A DNA stretch of 64,000 nucleotides from Nitrospinaceae bacterium (GCA_965223665.1 OZ245011.1:256001-320000); one strand, 5' to 3'; numbered from the stretch's first letter, positions 1-10,708 are shown. Translations and numbers: made by a program. Notes: generated by a model not told the origin, from the letters alone.

Positions 1-552
1 AGCAGCCAAACCCAAAGAAAATAAAATCCATTTATAATTCCCCAAATCTTGATCTAAAAACCAAGATCCAATAAAACCAGAAAGGACAGATACTATTACT
101 GTTATAACAATTGGCTTTGAGTAATAAGCGCCACGTTTATGGGTGGGATAATTGTCACTATATATAGAGGTTAAAAATGGAACCATTCCATGAAGAAAAA
201 TAAAGCTTGTTATGATGCAAATCGTATAGCTTGAAATGGAAGATGTTCCGGCGGATACTATTAATAAAAACCCACAAATTGCTGTTGATAAGGCACCACA
301 GGTCGATTTTCTTAGGTTTGTTAAGGAGGCATAATGGACTAGGAAAAGTGAAAATAACATTCCGATAAACGGTGCCGACCCAATCAAAGATTTCGAATAA
401 TTACCGGCATCGAATAGTCGGATTGCAATAAACAATGCAAATGTTTGGGTTCCGGAAGTTATGATACCTCGAAAAAAACCTCTGACTAAATCCAATTGAA
501 AAGTCTTTTTTCTAATTTCAGAGGTCAACCAGGTATCTGCAGAAATATTCAT
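1..552 (-). CDS. MFS-type multi-pass membrane transporter (partial, runs off the window start)
   Basis: Manual translation from ATG at 552: MNISADTWLTSEIRKKTFQLDLVRGFFRGIITSGTQTFALFIAIRLF...; several hydrophobic helices and a YPTHKRG loop typical of MFS; open to position 1. Confidence 0.7.
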   Translation of the reverse strand, partial: MNISADTWLTSEIRKKTFQLDLVRGFFRGIITSGTQTFALFIAIRLFDAGNYSKSLIGSAPFIGMLFSLFLVHYASLTNLRKSTCGALSTAICGFLLIVSAGTSSISSYTICIITSFIFLHGMVPFLTSIYSDNYPTHKRGAYYSKPIVITVIVSVLSGFIGSWFLDQDLGNYKWILFSLGLAA

Positions 553-859
553 CTATGAAATTGGTAAATTTATAATAATGAGGTTAGGATTCTAAAAGGA
601 GTAATTGGATTTAAATAGTGGCTTTGTCAGTTTTTGACATCGATTTACAAGGTTTGAGTTATTCTGTTATGTAATTAAACCAGAACCAAGGTAAAAGGGT
701 TTGAAATCAATTTGAGAATATTTTATATAGCCTTGCAATGGTTGATGCAATCATGCAAAGGAAAAAGGTTATTAAATCCCTCTATCTCTGATTATGAAAA
801 TGTGTTTAATTTCAATTAGTTATGGGTATTAGTTTAAGCTTATTTTTAAGGTAAAGTTT

Positions 860-2125
860 GTGTTTTCAGGGAATGCGCAAAGTATAAACGCGGAAATAAT
901 TAGTATAGGAAACGAGCTTGTAAGTGGCTTTATCGAAGATACTAATTCCTCCTGGTTAAGCCGCAGAATGCAAGAAATTGGGATCAATATTTCCCAGGTA
1001 ACATTAATTGGAGATGATGGTGACCAAATAAAAAGCAACTTGGAGATGGCCCTTCAAAGAGTGAATATAATTATTTTAACAGGTGGGCTAGGCTGCACGC
1101 ATGATGATATTACGAAGCAGACATTATGTGAAATGTTTGATTATGAATTAAAAATAGATAATGAGGTTAAATCTAATATTGAGAAAATTTTTAATAAAAG
1201 AGGTCGCTCGGTTCCCCAAAGTGCTTTTCAACAAGCGCGAGTTCCTGATGGGGCGACCATTCTATATAATGAAAAGGGAACTGCGCCTGGTCTGAAAGTT
1301 TCTCAAAAAAATAAATGCATTTATGCTTTACCTGGTATTCCTCTTGAAATGAAGCATTTGACAGAGGAGTATTTAGTTCCTGAACTCAGTGGTTTTAGTA
1401 AAGTTAAAATAAGCCACCGCTTAATAAAAACAACCGGAATTGTGGAATCGTCCTTGTGGGAAAAAGTAGGTCCTCTGAAGGAACTGGAATCCTGGGTTCA
1501 GGTGGCATCGCTGCCTTCCCATTTAGGGGTTCGTATTCGACTTTCTTCTGTGGCAGAAAATGATTTAAAGGTTAAGCAGAACTTAGAAAAAGGGGAGTTT
1601 TGGCTCAGGCGAAAAATTTCTAAATATGTGTTTGGTGTTGATGACGAAACCCTTGAGGGTAATATTGGTCAAGTTTTGAAGGAGAGGGGTGAGACGCTTG
1701 CAGTGGCTGAATCATGTACAGGTGGTTTGGTTGGGCATCGATTAACAAGTGTGCCGGGTAGCTCGGAATATTTTATTGCTAGTTTAGTAACTTACAGCAA
1801 TATATCTAAAGTAAAATATTTAGGAGTTGATCCTCAAAAGATTGAAGAGTTTGGAGCTGTAAGCTCACAGGTTGCACAAGAAATGGCTGAAGGGGTAAGA
1901 GTTGAAACAGGGGCAGATTATGGAATTGCTATTACGGGAATTGCAGGTCCTTCTGGAGGAACGGATACCAAGCCAGTAGGATTGACTTATATTGCTATTT
2001 CAGATATTCAAAAAACTTTCGTAGAAAGTTTCAACTTTCACCAAGATCGTGAAAAGAATAAGGAACGGGCTGCCCAAGCGGCTCTTAATTTGTTGCGTAT
2101 TCGTTTAATTGAGAAATGCTCATAA
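860..2125 (+). CDS. cinA: CinA-like protein (MoCF-biosynthesis domain + NMN deamidase PncC domain)
   Basis: IGNEL...DTNS, TGGLG.THDD, LPG.P.EM, AVAESCTGG, GAVS, GIAGPSGG motifs. Confidence 0.93.
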   Translation: MFSGNAQSINAEIISIGNELVSGFIEDTNSSWLSRRMQEIGINISQVTLIGDDGDQIKSNLEMALQRVNIIILTGGLGCTHDDITKQTLCEMFDYELKIDNEVKSNIEKIFNKRGRSVPQSAFQQARVPDGATILYNEKGTAPGLKVSQKNKCIYALPGIPLEMKHLTEEYLVPELSGFSKVKISHRLIKTTGIVESSLWEKVGPLKELESWVQVASLPSHLGVRIRLSSVAENDLKVKQNLEKGEFWLRRKISKYVFGVDDETLEGNIGQVLKERGETLAVAESCTGGLVGHRLTSVPGSSEYFIASLVTYSNISKVKYLGVDPQKIEEFGAVSSQVAQEMAEGVRVETGADYGIAITGIAGPSGGTDTKPVGLTYIAISDIQKTFVESFNFHQDREKNKERAAQAALNLLRIRLIEKCS

Positions 2126-2193
2126 TTTAACTTCATATTAGAAATTAAATAATTTATAGCAGACATGTTATTCTATATTTCAGGAGTTAAAGC

Positions 2194-2400
2194 ATGTCTT
2201 CAGATACAAAAGATATTATTATTTGTACCCAATGTGGGAAAGAATTTTTACCTGAATCCAAAAACTGTCCACATTGCTTTGATAAAAAAACTCCTCCCAT
2301 ACCAAATTATCCAAGATTTGGAGGGAAAGTATTTTTGGTATTTTGGGTTTTTTTCTTGGTATTGGTGGTAGCTTGGCTGGTTTCTATGTTTTCATTTTAA
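2194..2400 (+). CDS. Small zinc-ribbon membrane protein
   Basis: AGGAG RBS; CTQC...CPHC; C-terminal hydrophobic helix. Confidence 0.65.
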   Translation: MSSDTKDIIICTQCGKEFLPESKNCPHCFDKKTPPIPNYPRFGGKVFLVFWVFFLVLVVAWLVSMFSF

Positions 2401-3050
2401 AAACCAGGGGGTAACTTTCGTCGACCGCTTTTAAAGGGAAGAATGAAAATCACACCAGCAATAAACCCCCCAATATGTGCCAACCACGCTACACCGCCAC
2501 CCCCTGCCATATTATTTAAAATTTGCATTCCAATCCAAATTAGTAAAAAAATCAAAGCGGGTATTCTTGCTATGGTTATAAAAAATCCTAGGAAAACCAG
2601 TGTTTTAACTTTCGCTTGTGGGAAAAGGACCAAATAAGCGCCTAGGATCCCTGAGATTGCCCCACTAGCTCCTACCATGGGAATTTGTGAGTTCACATCA
2701 GCAAATACATGACTAAGGGCCGCAATGATGCCACAGAGGAAGTAAAACATCACAAAACGTACTTTTCCTAGTACATCTTCAATGTTGTTGCCAAATATCC
2801 ATAAATACAACATATTCCCAGCTAAATGCATGATTCCACCATGGAGAAACATTGATGTGAAAAAATTGGGATAATTTTGGATTGGAGCATTTGTAAGCTT
2901 GTAGGGTATTAGGCCATAAGTGTTGAAAACGGAAGCCATATCTGCTGGACCCACCACTTCCTGAAAAAAAACCAATATATTGATAGCTATAAATCCTATG
3001 GTCAATAAGGGAAAATTATGAGTGGGGTTTTCGTCGGATAAGGGTAGCAT
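2397..3050 (-). CDS. Rhomboid family intramembrane serine protease
   Basis: SMFLHGG..HL.GNM, GASGA catalytic Ser, AHIGG catalytic His. Confidence 0.95.
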   Translation of the reverse strand: MLPLSDENPTHNFPLLTIGFIAINILVFFQEVVGPADMASVFNTYGLIPYKLTNAPIQNYPNFFTSMFLHGGIMHLAGNMLYLWIFGNNIEDVLGKVRFVMFYFLCGIIAALSHVFADVNSQIPMVGASGAISGILGAYLVLFPQAKVKTLVFLGFFITIARIPALIFLLIWIGMQILNNMAGGGGVAWLAHIGGFIAGVIFILPFKSGRRKLPPGF

Positions 3051-3138
3051 ATAGGTAAATGAAGGTAGTCAAAGGCTATTATGTTAAAATCTGAAGACAA
3101 ATTGATCAGAACTTAATTAATTATATGAAAAAAAACTT

Positions 3139-5544
3139 ATGAGTGAAAGTAAGGACCTTACTCCTTTTAGTCCACGTAGCGAAGTTCCGCAAATGCAGAC
3201 TCGGCCAGAAGAGTCTGATGAATGGGTAATTGCAACTTATCGGAAGCAGATGCTTGCCCAAATTTCTGCAGAATTGGATATAGAATTAGGCGAGGGCAGA
3301 ACGGAAGAAACGTATATAAATCCCATATTATTGGATATCAATCCCGTCGATTTTAGACAAAGTTTACAAGAAAAAGTTTTTCCTTCACCAAGAATCATCC
3401 ACGAAAATATCTTAGAGGTTTCAAAAAATAAGGTGATTCTGGAGGCCCCTCAGGGAATGGGTAAGACAACATTTCTTAAAGTATCACTTGAAGATTTGCT
3501 CAAAAGTTCAGACCAGATTGATTACCCCTTTCCTACTTACTTTGATATTTCTCAATTAAAACAAGAAACAGGTTTTAAACAGTTTTATCCTCTTTGGCTT
3601 CAGCAAGTTTCTGAAGTTATTCTCTTGGAGCTAAATGATCAACCTGAATTAGAAATTCAGATCCCTCTTTTAAAGAGAACGCTCGAGCGGATACTTCTTA
3701 CTGGTCGAGTAATTTTTCTTTTAGACGGGTTTGATCTTTTGCTTCCTGAAGATCGATTTCAGTTTTATATGGATGTGATAGTGGATGGTGATGCCCTTCA
3801 CGATAACTTTTTGATCATGGCCACCCGGCCGATTGGGTTTGGTCCTTTAGCGACTACCTCAGTGATTAAGAGGGGCCAGGATTCCAGTTTCAGAATTTCA
3901 ATTCAGCCTGTGGATGAAAGGCAAAGTAAATCCTATTTGAAACAATCGGCCTTAAAGCAATCTATCGAAAATATTCATTTATTTTTCCCAGAATTAATAG
4001 AAACACCACTGTTTTTAAAAATGATTAAAACAGTTCACCTTGAAGAAAAATTGGAAGAGGTGGAATCTCGAACCTCTCTATTTGATATTTGGTTACATTT
4101 GAAAATGGTTGAGGCTTTCGAAACAGACGATCCCAATTCTTTTAAAGAATATTTGAACCAATTGGAAAAAACCTCATGGGAGCTTGTGGAGGCTGGAAAG
4201 TTTCAACGCCAGGAACAGGTAAATACAGGATTTGATAAAGAAGTTTTTAAGTCTCAAGAGGAATCCCAAAAATCTATTTTAAAAAATGGAAAAATTATTA
4301 AAGGTTTAAAGTTTCTTATATCTGAAACCGAAAGTCGCTGGGAATTTCGACATCCAGCGTTTCAGGAATATTTTGCGGGTAAATGGTTGGCCAGAAATGA
4401 GAATTGGCAAGAAAAAGTAAGTGCTTATTGTAGGGAGCCCGAATGGGAACAGATTCTATTATTTTTTGCGGGCACCGCACATAATATCAGTAATGAATTT
4501 ATTGATATTCTTTTAGATTATGGGTCTTTGTTTTTGGCTGGAAATTCCCTGGTGGAAATTCAAGAGTTATCCGAAGACAGACGGTTATTGGTGGGCCAAT
4601 TTCTAAAATACCAATGTAAGCAGGCATACCCGCAATTTTCAAAAAATCGACTTATCCGCCTTGAAAGCGTATTAGATAAAGTAGGTTTAGATAAAATTAA
4701 AAATGTCACTTCTAATTTATTAAAAAGACAAAAGCGTGATTGTCGGATCTTGTATGGAGTGATTGAGCTTTTGGCATTTGGTTATGGAATTGAACTCTCT
4801 AAGGTTGTCGATTCACAAGAATGGAAAGAAATCCAAAATATTCCTGAGCTTCAAGAGTTTTTTAACGAGCGAGATAACCCAGAGATTGCAGATCAAACGA
4901 AAATAAAAAAATGGACTGAAATGGTAACTGTTTCTAAAGGAAAATTTATTTTTCAAATGGAAGAAGATGAAGAAGACCAAGAAGAATTGAAAGAATTTTC
5001 GATAATGAAATACCCTGTGACAAATATTTTGTTCCAACAATTCGAATCCAACTTTGAGTTACGCTATCCCAAGTTTTCTTGGACGGACGACCAGCCGGTA
5101 AATGGTATTAATTATTACGAAGCTACTGTTTTTGCTTTGTGGCTTGGGTTGAGGTTGCCCACGGAAAAGGAATGGGAGAAAGCCTCTCGCGGCCCTGACG
5201 GTCGTGATTACCCTTGGGGAGAGGCGATGGGATATCAAACTGGATATTGTAATACTTGCGATTACATGCGTGGTAAAACCAACCCCGTTAAGGAGTTTGA
5301 AGAAGGGATATCACCTTACGGTTGTTTTGATATGGCTGGGAATGTTTGGGAATGGTGTGTTCAGCTTTTTTCTTCTCAATTTACAATGCAAAAGATTGTC
5401 AGAGGTGGATCTTGGCTGAATTATTTGGTGCATGCAAAATGTCATTTTAGAAATTCTTTTGACCCTGCAGAAAGACATCCCGCAGTAGGTTTTCGATGTG
5501 TATCTATGCCTCATACCGAGGTAGCTAGCTTGGATGAAGACTAA
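3139..5544 (+). CDS. NACHT-like NTPase fused to C-terminal FGE-sulfatase (SUMF1/CLec-fold) domain
   Basis: Walker [10 protein letters not shown], Walker [57 protein letters not shown]. Confidence 0.85.
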   Translation: MSESKDLTPFSPRSEVPQMQTRPEESDEWVIATYRKQMLAQISAELDIELGEGRTEETYINPILLDINPVDFRQSLQEKVFPSPRIIHENILEVSKNKVILEAPQGMGKTTFLKVSLEDLLKSSDQIDYPFPTYFDISQLKQETGFKQFYPLWLQQVSEVILLELNDQPELEIQIPLLKRTLERILLTGRVIFLLDGFDLLLPEDRFQFYMDVIVDGDALHDNFLIMATRPIGFGPLATTSVIKRGQDSSFRISIQPVDERQSKSYLKQSALKQSIENIHLFFPELIETPLFLKMIKTVHLEEKLEEVESRTSLFDIWLHLKMVEAFETDDPNSFKEYLNQLEKTSWELVEAGKFQRQEQVNTGFDKEVFKSQEESQKSILKNGKIIKGLKFLISETESRWEFRHPAFQEYFAGKWLARNENWQEKVSAYCREPEWEQILLFFAGTAHNISNEFIDILLDYGSLFLAGNSLVEIQELSEDRRLLVGQFLKYQCKQAYPQFSKNRLIRLESVLDKVGLDKIKNVTSNLLKRQKRDCRILYGVIELLAFGYGIELSKVVDSQEWKEIQNIPELQEFFNERDNPEIADQTKIKKWTEMVTVSKGKFIFQMEEDEEDQEELKEFSIMKYPVTNILFQQFESNFELRYPKFSWTDDQPVNGINYYEATVFALWLGLRLPTEKEWEKASRGPDGRDYPWGEAMGYQTGYCNTCDYMRGKTNPVKEFEEGISPYGCFDMAGNVWEWCVQLFSSQFTMQKIVRGGSWLNYLVHAKCHFRNSFDPAERHPAVGFRCVSMPHTEVASLDED

Positions 5545-5831
5545 TTCTCCCTCCTCTATTTTAGGGAATAAATTACCTGCAACATATTGAAAAAGTTTTT
5601 CTTGACAATCCTTTACCTCACTTTCTATCTTAAAAATATAGGAAAAATTTTTATGAAATGCCCATTGGTGACTTTGGGTGGCTTTATTTCTTTTAAATAA
5701 TTCTTTTTCAATCTTTTTAAAATTTTTGCTGTTTTCCAGGCTCCCTTTTATAGAAAGAATCTTCAAAAAGATTCTAAAAATTATTGGTGTCAGCAAAATA
5801 AAAAAAATTTCCTAAGCTCAAAAGAAACTCG

Positions 5832-7187
5832 ATGATAGTAACATCCCAAAATTTAGCAAAGAAAATACTCTGTATTGATGATGATGTTTCGCTGACTGCT
5901 TTTATTAAGAAAATTTTAGGGAAATATTTTAAACGCGATTCCCTGGACTTTCATGCAGTACAGTCAGGAGAGAAAGGTCTTGATTTAGTAGATAAATTAA
6001 GGCCGGATCTTATCTTATGTGATGTTCGACTGCCGGATCAAAATGGGTTCGGGGTTTGCAGGCAAATTAGGGAAAGAGGATTTCACACGGCTATTGTGAT
6101 GATGTCCGCTTTTGATTCCAAGGAAGACTTCGCCATCCAAACTAAAGAAAGCGGGGGAGATGGTTTTCTTTCGAAGCCATTTAAAGAAGGAGATTTGCTT
6201 TTTGTAGTTAATTATTTAATGCGCATTGATAATTTAAAGGATGCCTTGGTAAATAAAAACCGCCAGCTAGAGGAGTCTTTAAAGCAAGTTCAGGATATGC
6301 ATGAAAAAGTTGCAGGATTGAATCAGGAATTAAGGGCGGATAAGAGCAAGCTTAACTCGAACTTGAAAGATGTTATGACTCTTAATCAGCAATTAGACTC
6401 GAAAAATTATCAGATTTCCCAAATGAACGAGGAACTATTTAAACGATTTAATTCCACAGTAAGCTTGTTGGCAAATATCATTGAGTTAAATCAATCTCAG
6501 CACAGAGGACATTCAGAAAGGGTTGGAGAAATAGCCGTTTTTATTTCTAAGAAGTTAGAATTAAGTCAGCGTCTAGTTCAAAATATTGAAATTGCTGCAA
6601 AAATCCACGAGTTGGGGATAGTTAGTTTGCCTAAAAATGAAAAAGTTGAAGAAGTTGTCGACGAAGACAAAAGTAGAAAGTCCACTCAACATCCTTTGGT
6701 CGGAGAAATGTTGCTTAAAGGATTTCCAGGTTTTGAGTTGATTGCCGATTATATTCGACATATGCATGAAAATGTGGATGGGACAGGAAAGCCTGATGGA
6801 TTAGCAGGAGATCAAATTCCCATTGGGTCTCGAATTATTTCTGTTGCCAGTTTTTATGATCATGCCCTTATATCCAATCCAGGGAAAAAACCTAAAGATG
6901 TTTTTCCTTTAGTCCAAGAGAAAGCGGGTACTCTGTTTGATGAGAGTGTGGTGTTTCGATTGGAGGAGTATATTCAGACTAAAAATCCAGAAGATCACTT
7001 AGATTTGGTCGAATGTTCCGTTTTTGCACTTGAAGAGGGAATGGAACTAGCTTCAGATATCTATTCGGAGTCAGGGATTAATCTTCTTCGAAGAGGAACT
7101 GTATTGAGTCAGGAAATTTTAAATAAAATTTTAAAGTTTAATAATTTAGACCCTATTGTTGGGGGAATAAAAGTAAGGCAATACTAA
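5832..7187 (+). CDS. Response regulator receiver + coiled coil + degenerate HD-GYP domain protein
   Basis: REC motifs IDDD/CDVRLP/KP; HSERV, IHELG, HMHE.VDGTGKP, IPIGSRII. Confidence 0.85.
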   Translation: MIVTSQNLAKKILCIDDDVSLTAFIKKILGKYFKRDSLDFHAVQSGEKGLDLVDKLRPDLILCDVRLPDQNGFGVCRQIRERGFHTAIVMMSAFDSKEDFAIQTKESGGDGFLSKPFKEGDLLFVVNYLMRIDNLKDALVNKNRQLEESLKQVQDMHEKVAGLNQELRADKSKLNSNLKDVMTLNQQLDSKNYQISQMNEELFKRFNSTVSLLANIIELNQSQHRGHSERVGEIAVFISKKLELSQRLVQNIEIAAKIHELGIVSLPKNEKVEEVVDEDKSRKSTQHPLVGEMLLKGFPGFELIADYIRHMHENVDGTGKPDGLAGDQIPIGSRIISVASFYDHALISNPGKKPKDVFPLVQEKAGTLFDESVVFRLEEYIQTKNPEDHLDLVECSVFALEEGMELASDIYSESGINLLRRGTVLSQEILNKILKFNNLDPIVGGIKVRQY

Positions 7188-7193
7188 AAAATT

Positions 7194-7976
7194 ATGGATA
7201 TAGCAACTTTAATTGGAATTGTTTCAGGAGTGGGATTGGTTTTAGCCTCTATTCTTTTGAATAGTGGTTTGGATTTATTTGTAAATGCTCCTTCAGCTCT
7301 AATTGTTCTTGGAGGAACGATCGCTGCTATTTTAATAGCTTATCCTCTTAATGAGGTTCTTCGAGTGATGGGTTTATTTTTTAAAGTTTTTATGACCAAA
7401 AAAAGTGACTATGGAGAACTCATTGAGACTATGGTTATGGTCTGTAATGTTGCTAGGAAGGGTGGAGTATTAGCCATAGAATCAAAGTTGAATGAAATTG
7501 GAAATGAATTTTTGAAAAAAGGATTGCAGTTTACCGTCGATGGAAAAGATGAAGCTACTGTGATCACTCTTTTAAAACAAGAGATAAAACAAATTCAACA
7601 ATCCCATAAAGATGGCTGGGAGATAATGGGAGAAATGGGTAAATACTCCCCAGCATTTGGAATGGTTGGAACCTTGATTGGTTTGATTCAAATGTTGGCC
7701 GCTCTGGATGATGTAAATGCTGTAGGCCCCAAAATGTCGGTGGCCCTTATTACCACTTTTTATGGAGCGGTTTTGGCGAACTTAATTTTTATTCCAATGA
7801 CTGTAAAACTAAAACGTCGAAGTGCTGCCGAAGCATTAGAGATGAATTTAGTTTTGGAAGGAATAACTTTCATTCGAAAAGGTGTAAATCCTCGTTTTAT
7901 GAAAGAAACCTTAGAGAATCTTTTAGATAACGCGGTTGGAAAGAAAATCAAAAGAGAAGAAGAAGGTAAAAAATAA
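7194..7976 (+). CDS. motA: Flagellar stator A subunit (MotA/PomA family)
   Basis: MDIATLIG start, ARKGG.LA.E, PAFGMVGTLIGL, ALITTFYG. Confidence 0.93.
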   Translation: MDIATLIGIVSGVGLVLASILLNSGLDLFVNAPSALIVLGGTIAAILIAYPLNEVLRVMGLFFKVFMTKKSDYGELIETMVMVCNVARKGGVLAIESKLNEIGNEFLKKGLQFTVDGKDEATVITLLKQEIKQIQQSHKDGWEIMGEMGKYSPAFGMVGTLIGLIQMLAALDDVNAVGPKMSVALITTFYGAVLANLIFIPMTVKLKRRSAAEALEMNLVLEGITFIRKGVNPRFMKETLENLLDNAVGKKIKREEEGKK

Positions 7977-7982
7977 ACTGTA

Positions 7983-8789
7983 ATGGCTGAAGAAGAAGTA
8001 CAAGCCCCTCCAGAAGAAGAGGAAGAACTAGTAGATGAGGATGAGGGAATCCCGCCTTGGGTAATGACTTTTGCCGATTTAGTAACTCTCCTGATGGTTT
8101 TTTTCATTTTATTATTTGCTATGGGAACTATCGAAGACGAGAAGTGGAGGCAAATCAAGGAATCCCTAAAAGCTGCCTTGGGAAGTGATTTTGTTCCGGA
8201 GTCTGGGGTCAGAGAAGGATTAGACGTAGTCCAAATGGATCCTGAAGATCCTGATGAAAGTGCCATTAAAGCGGTGGATGAAGTGGGGGCCATGGTTGCT
8301 AAGGAAATAGAAGAAATTGCATCGGAAGTAGAAGAGTTTGTTTTCAAAAATAAATTGGCCGGTGCCGTCGAAGTATCTTCGGATGAAAGAGGGGCAGTAA
8401 TAACAATTTCAGATGTTGTTCTTTTCCCTGCAGGTCAAGCTAAAATGACGCCAGCAGGTAAAAAGACCCTTAAGCAGGTGTATGAACTTTTAAGTCAATT
8501 CAACTATAATGTGAAAATAGAAGGTCATACAGATAATGTTCCCATCCGTAGTGCACAATTTCCTTCTAATTGGGAGCTTTCTGCTTCCAGAGCTGCTGAT
8601 GTAGCAAAGATTTTAATTAATGAAGGATTCCCTCCAGAACAATTATCGGTAGAAGGATTTGCCGAGTTTCGGCCAAAAGTTCCAAATACGAGCAGAGAAA
8701 ACCGATCCACAAATCGAAGAATTGAAATTGTTTATCAAAGAGGAAGTATTCAAAAACGGATGGTTGACGTTTTACGTCGAACAAATTAA
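7983..8789 (+). CDS. motB: Flagellar stator B subunit (MotB/PomB family, OmpA-like domain)
   Basis: WVMTFADL TM segment; EGHTD..P, NWELSA.RA, NRRIEI. Confidence 0.93.
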   Translation: MAEEEVQAPPEEEEELVDEDEGIPPWVMTFADLVTLLMVFFILLFAMGTIEDEKWRQIKESLKAALGSDFVPESGVREGLDVVQMDPEDPDESAIKAVDEVGAMVAKEIEEIASEVEEFVFKNKLAGAVEVSSDERGAVITISDVVLFPAGQAKMTPAGKKTLKQVYELLSQFNYNVKIEGHTDNVPIRSAQFPSNWELSASRAADVAKILINEGFPPEQLSVEGFAEFRPKVPNTSRENRSTNRRIEIVYQRGSIQKRMVDVLRRTN

Positions 8790-8942
8790 CCGTTTGAAAT
8801 ACTTTAAACCCCCCTTTTCTCAAAGTGTTATCTTTTGACAAGCTAGTCCTGGTTTGTTAAGTTTAATCACTCATAAAACTATTAATAAAGTTTCCCCGCT
8901 AAGTAATTAAATGGGTAACCCCTGTTTTTCGGTGACGTTGTT

Positions 8943-10043
8943 TTGGATAAGGAGACAATTCATTTTTTCATGAAGCGAGCTTTGACCCTAGCTGAAAAAG
9001 CCAGAGGTCGGACCTCTCCAAATCCAATGGTGGGAGCAGTTATTGTTAAAAATGGGAGGATAATTAGTGAAGGGTTTCATAAAAGGTCAGGTGGTCCGCA
9101 TGCAGAAATTGAAGCACTTAGGAAGATAAAAGGAAGCACTGCAGGGGCACAGTTATTTATAAATTTAGAACCATGTTGTCATGTTGGAAAAACCCCCCCC
9201 TGTACGGATTCCATAATTCAAAGTGGAATACGTGAAATCTATATTGGAACGAAAGATCCCAACCCACTAGTGAGTGGAAAAGGAATACGACATTTAAGGA
9301 AAAATGGTATTTCAGTACACGTAAATTATTTGAGAAAAGAATGTGAAAAATTAAATGAAGTTTTTATTAAATATATTAAAACGGGGAGACCATTTGTAAT
9401 TTTGAAATCGGGTTTATCTCTAGACGGAAAAATAGCGGTAAACTCTGGACAGTCAAAGTGGATTACGGGATCCCAAGCGAGAAAAAAAGTTCATGAAATT
9501 CGAGACCAGGTTGATTCCATCATAATTGGGGCCAGAACTATATTAAAGGATAATCCCAGTTTAACTACACGATTGAATGGAAAAAAAGGGAAGCATCCCA
9601 TCAGAGTTATTTTAGATAATGAGGTAATTGTACCATTAACTTCCAAAGTATTTAAAAATGCGAAAAGCCAACAAGTAATTTATGTGACATCCAAAAAAGT
9701 CTCTTCTCTACGTCAGAAAAAACTTGATGCCTTGGGAGTAAAAACCTGGGTTGTTTCGGAAAAAAATAATGGTGTGGATTTAAAAAAATTAATTAATCGA
9801 ATAGGTAAAAATGGAATTTCGAGTGTTTTGATTGAAGGCGGAGGGGAAGTAAATGCTTCCGCATTAAACGAAAAAATTGCCGATAAAGTTGTTTGGTTTA
9901 TAGCCCCAAAAATTATTGGTGGGAATAGTGCTCCGGGAGTTGTTGGGGGAAAGGGAGTAAAAAATTTAAATCAGGCTTTTTTGTTGAAGGACTTAAATTT
10001 TAGCCCATTAGGCAATGATTGGATGGTAGAAGGATATTTATAG
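8943..10043 (+). CDS. ribD: Riboflavin biosynthesis deaminase/reductase
   Basis: PNPMVGAV, HAE, EPCCH.GKTPPC, SLDG, EGGG. Confidence 0.96.
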   Translation: MDKETIHFFMKRALTLAEKARGRTSPNPMVGAVIVKNGRIISEGFHKRSGGPHAEIEALRKIKGSTAGAQLFINLEPCCHVGKTPPCTDSIIQSGIREIYIGTKDPNPLVSGKGIRHLRKNGISVHVNYLRKECEKLNEVFIKYIKTGRPFVILKSGLSLDGKIAVNSGQSKWITGSQARKKVHEIRDQVDSIIIGARTILKDNPSLTTRLNGKKGKHPIRVILDNEVIVPLTSKVFKNAKSQQVIYVTSKKVSSLRQKKLDALGVKTWVVSEKNNGVDLKKLINRIGKNGISSVLIEGGGEVNASALNEKIADKVVWFIAPKIIGGNSAPGVVGGKGVKNLNQAFLLKDLNFSPLGNDWMVEGYL

Positions 10044-10706
10044 ATGTTTACTGGAATAATTGAAACTGTGGGTTCCGTTAATACCTTTATCTTGCAAAAT
10101 GAAAAGGCCAGAATGTGTGTTAGCGCAAACCAGGAATTTGGGAATTTTTCTTTGGGGGAAAGTATTGCGGTGAATGGGGTTTGTCTTACGGTTTGTGATT
10201 CAGATGAAAATAAATTTTGGGTAGACATTTCAACGGAAACTTTGAATCGTACCAGTTTGAAAGAACTAAAGGAGAATTCTTTGGTCAATTTAGAAAGGGC
10301 CTTAACCCCAAATAAATCTATTAGTGGGCACTTTGTGATGGGGCATGTGGATCAAATTGGAAAGGTAGTCGATATTCAAACTAAACCAGGTGAAACCTTA
10401 TTTCGATTTGAGCACCCGCCTGAATTAAGTCCATATATTATTGAGAAAGGCTCTATTGCAATTGATGGTATCAGCCTTACCCTGTTTGATTGTAATAGAG
10501 ACCAGTTTACAGTTTCCATTATTCCGTTCACTTTAGAGCATACCAACCTCAAGGAAAGGAAGTTAGGAGACGTCGTAAACCTTGAATGTGATATGATTGG
10601 AAAATATGTCGTTAAAGCCTTCGCAAGTGTATTAAATAGTGAAGGTGAAAAAGAAGGAATTTCATTGGAATTTTTAAAGCAGCAGGGTTATTTGAAAAGT
10701 GAGTAA
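10044..10706 (+). CDS. ribE: Riboflavin synthase (alpha chain)
   Basis: MFTGII start, [28 protein letters not shown]. Confidence 0.96.
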   Translation: MFTGIIETVGSVNTFILQNEKARMCVSANQEFGNFSLGESIAVNGVCLTVCDSDENKFWVDISTETLNRTSLKELKENSLVNLERALTPNKSISGHFVMGHVDQIGKVVDIQTKPGETLFRFEHPPELSPYIIEKGSIAIDGISLTLFDCNRDQFTVSIIPFTLEHTNLKERKLGDVVNLECDMIGKYVVKAFASVLNSEGEKEGISLEFLKQQGYLKSE

Positions 10707-10708
10707 TT

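Noticed and set aside
5311..5796. 161 aa minus-strand ORF overlapping the NACHT gene end
   Set aside because: Antisense overlap, low-complexity K/F/I composition from AT-rich spacer, no motif
5100..5830. Diversity-generating retroelement targeting the FGE-sulfatase domain (or the DUF1566 gene at 23805-24227)
   Set aside because: Both folds are known DGR targets, but I saw no template repeat of either 3' end and no reverse transcriptase in the window; a remote DGR cannot be excluded
7760..8347. Ser-rich 195 aa antisense ORF, and similar shadow ORFs at 30196-30753, 46887-47507 and 58700-59167
   Set aside because: They mirror well-supported genes on the opposite strand; the Ser runs come from reverse-complemented Glu codons
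8790..8942. FMN riboswitch upstream of ribD
   Set aside because: Region is AT-rich and lacks the conserved RFN core sequences
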